From: Pseudomonadota bacterium
GTDB lineage: Bacteria > Pseudomonadota > Gammaproteobacteria > Burkholderiales > Burkholderiaceae_D
Length of the DNA stretch: 62,305 nt
Assembly (NCBI GenBank): GCA_023392035.1
Contig: JAEVZY010000357.1
Span: 1 to 62,305 of the forward strand
Direction of reading: 5' to 3'
Within the stretch, counting starts at the first letter, position 1; each line of letters starts with the position of its first letter. Positions 62,173 to 62,305 of this stretch are shown here, in pieces. The notes beneath the pieces were generated by a model. The model was given only the letters and a program-made list of their open reading frames with translations, was not told the origin of the DNA and did not search any database. The translations under genes were made by a program, and so were the position numbers.

Positions 62173-62305
62173 GATAGTCGGCCCTCAATGGTCGATTATC
62201 GCAAGTATCATTCAATATGTTTAAGTTGGGCAATAAACTGCTACATTGGGCTGTCGAAGCGGTAGGCCTCACCTCTTAATCATCCTCCCCAACACCCCCC
62301 AATAC

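Overview
GC-rich betaproteobacterial chromosome segment; gene content (frc, Bug/TctC, kdp, metE/metR) suggests Burkholderiales, possibly Oxalobacteraceae (inference). It holds two CusA/CzcA-type RND efflux operons, formyl-CoA transferase, a PcfJ-domain protein, a Dpp/Opp ABC operon, an acyl-CoA dehydrogenase pair with MaoC, yaeQ, tRNA-Leu(UAA), a MarR/Bug/MsmA-like Rieske oxygenase cluster, a PAS hybrid kinase, metE-metR, kdpFABCDE, a TonB-dependent receptor, several stand-alone enzymes, and a less GC-biased end with an AbiEii pair and two coupled nuclease-like genes. No integrase, transposase, rRNA or CRISPR array was seen. Best leads: (1) two leader ORFs ending in arrest-type motifs, a CruR-like CxxC/RAPP ORF before the TonB receptor and a His-containing QAPP variant before a metal efflux pump; (2) a ~163-nt hairpin with a perfect 26-bp closing stem in the tRNA-Leu leader; (3) a DUF3883-DUF2726 nuclease pair next to an atypical AbiEii module. 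All family calls are by eye, without database searches.
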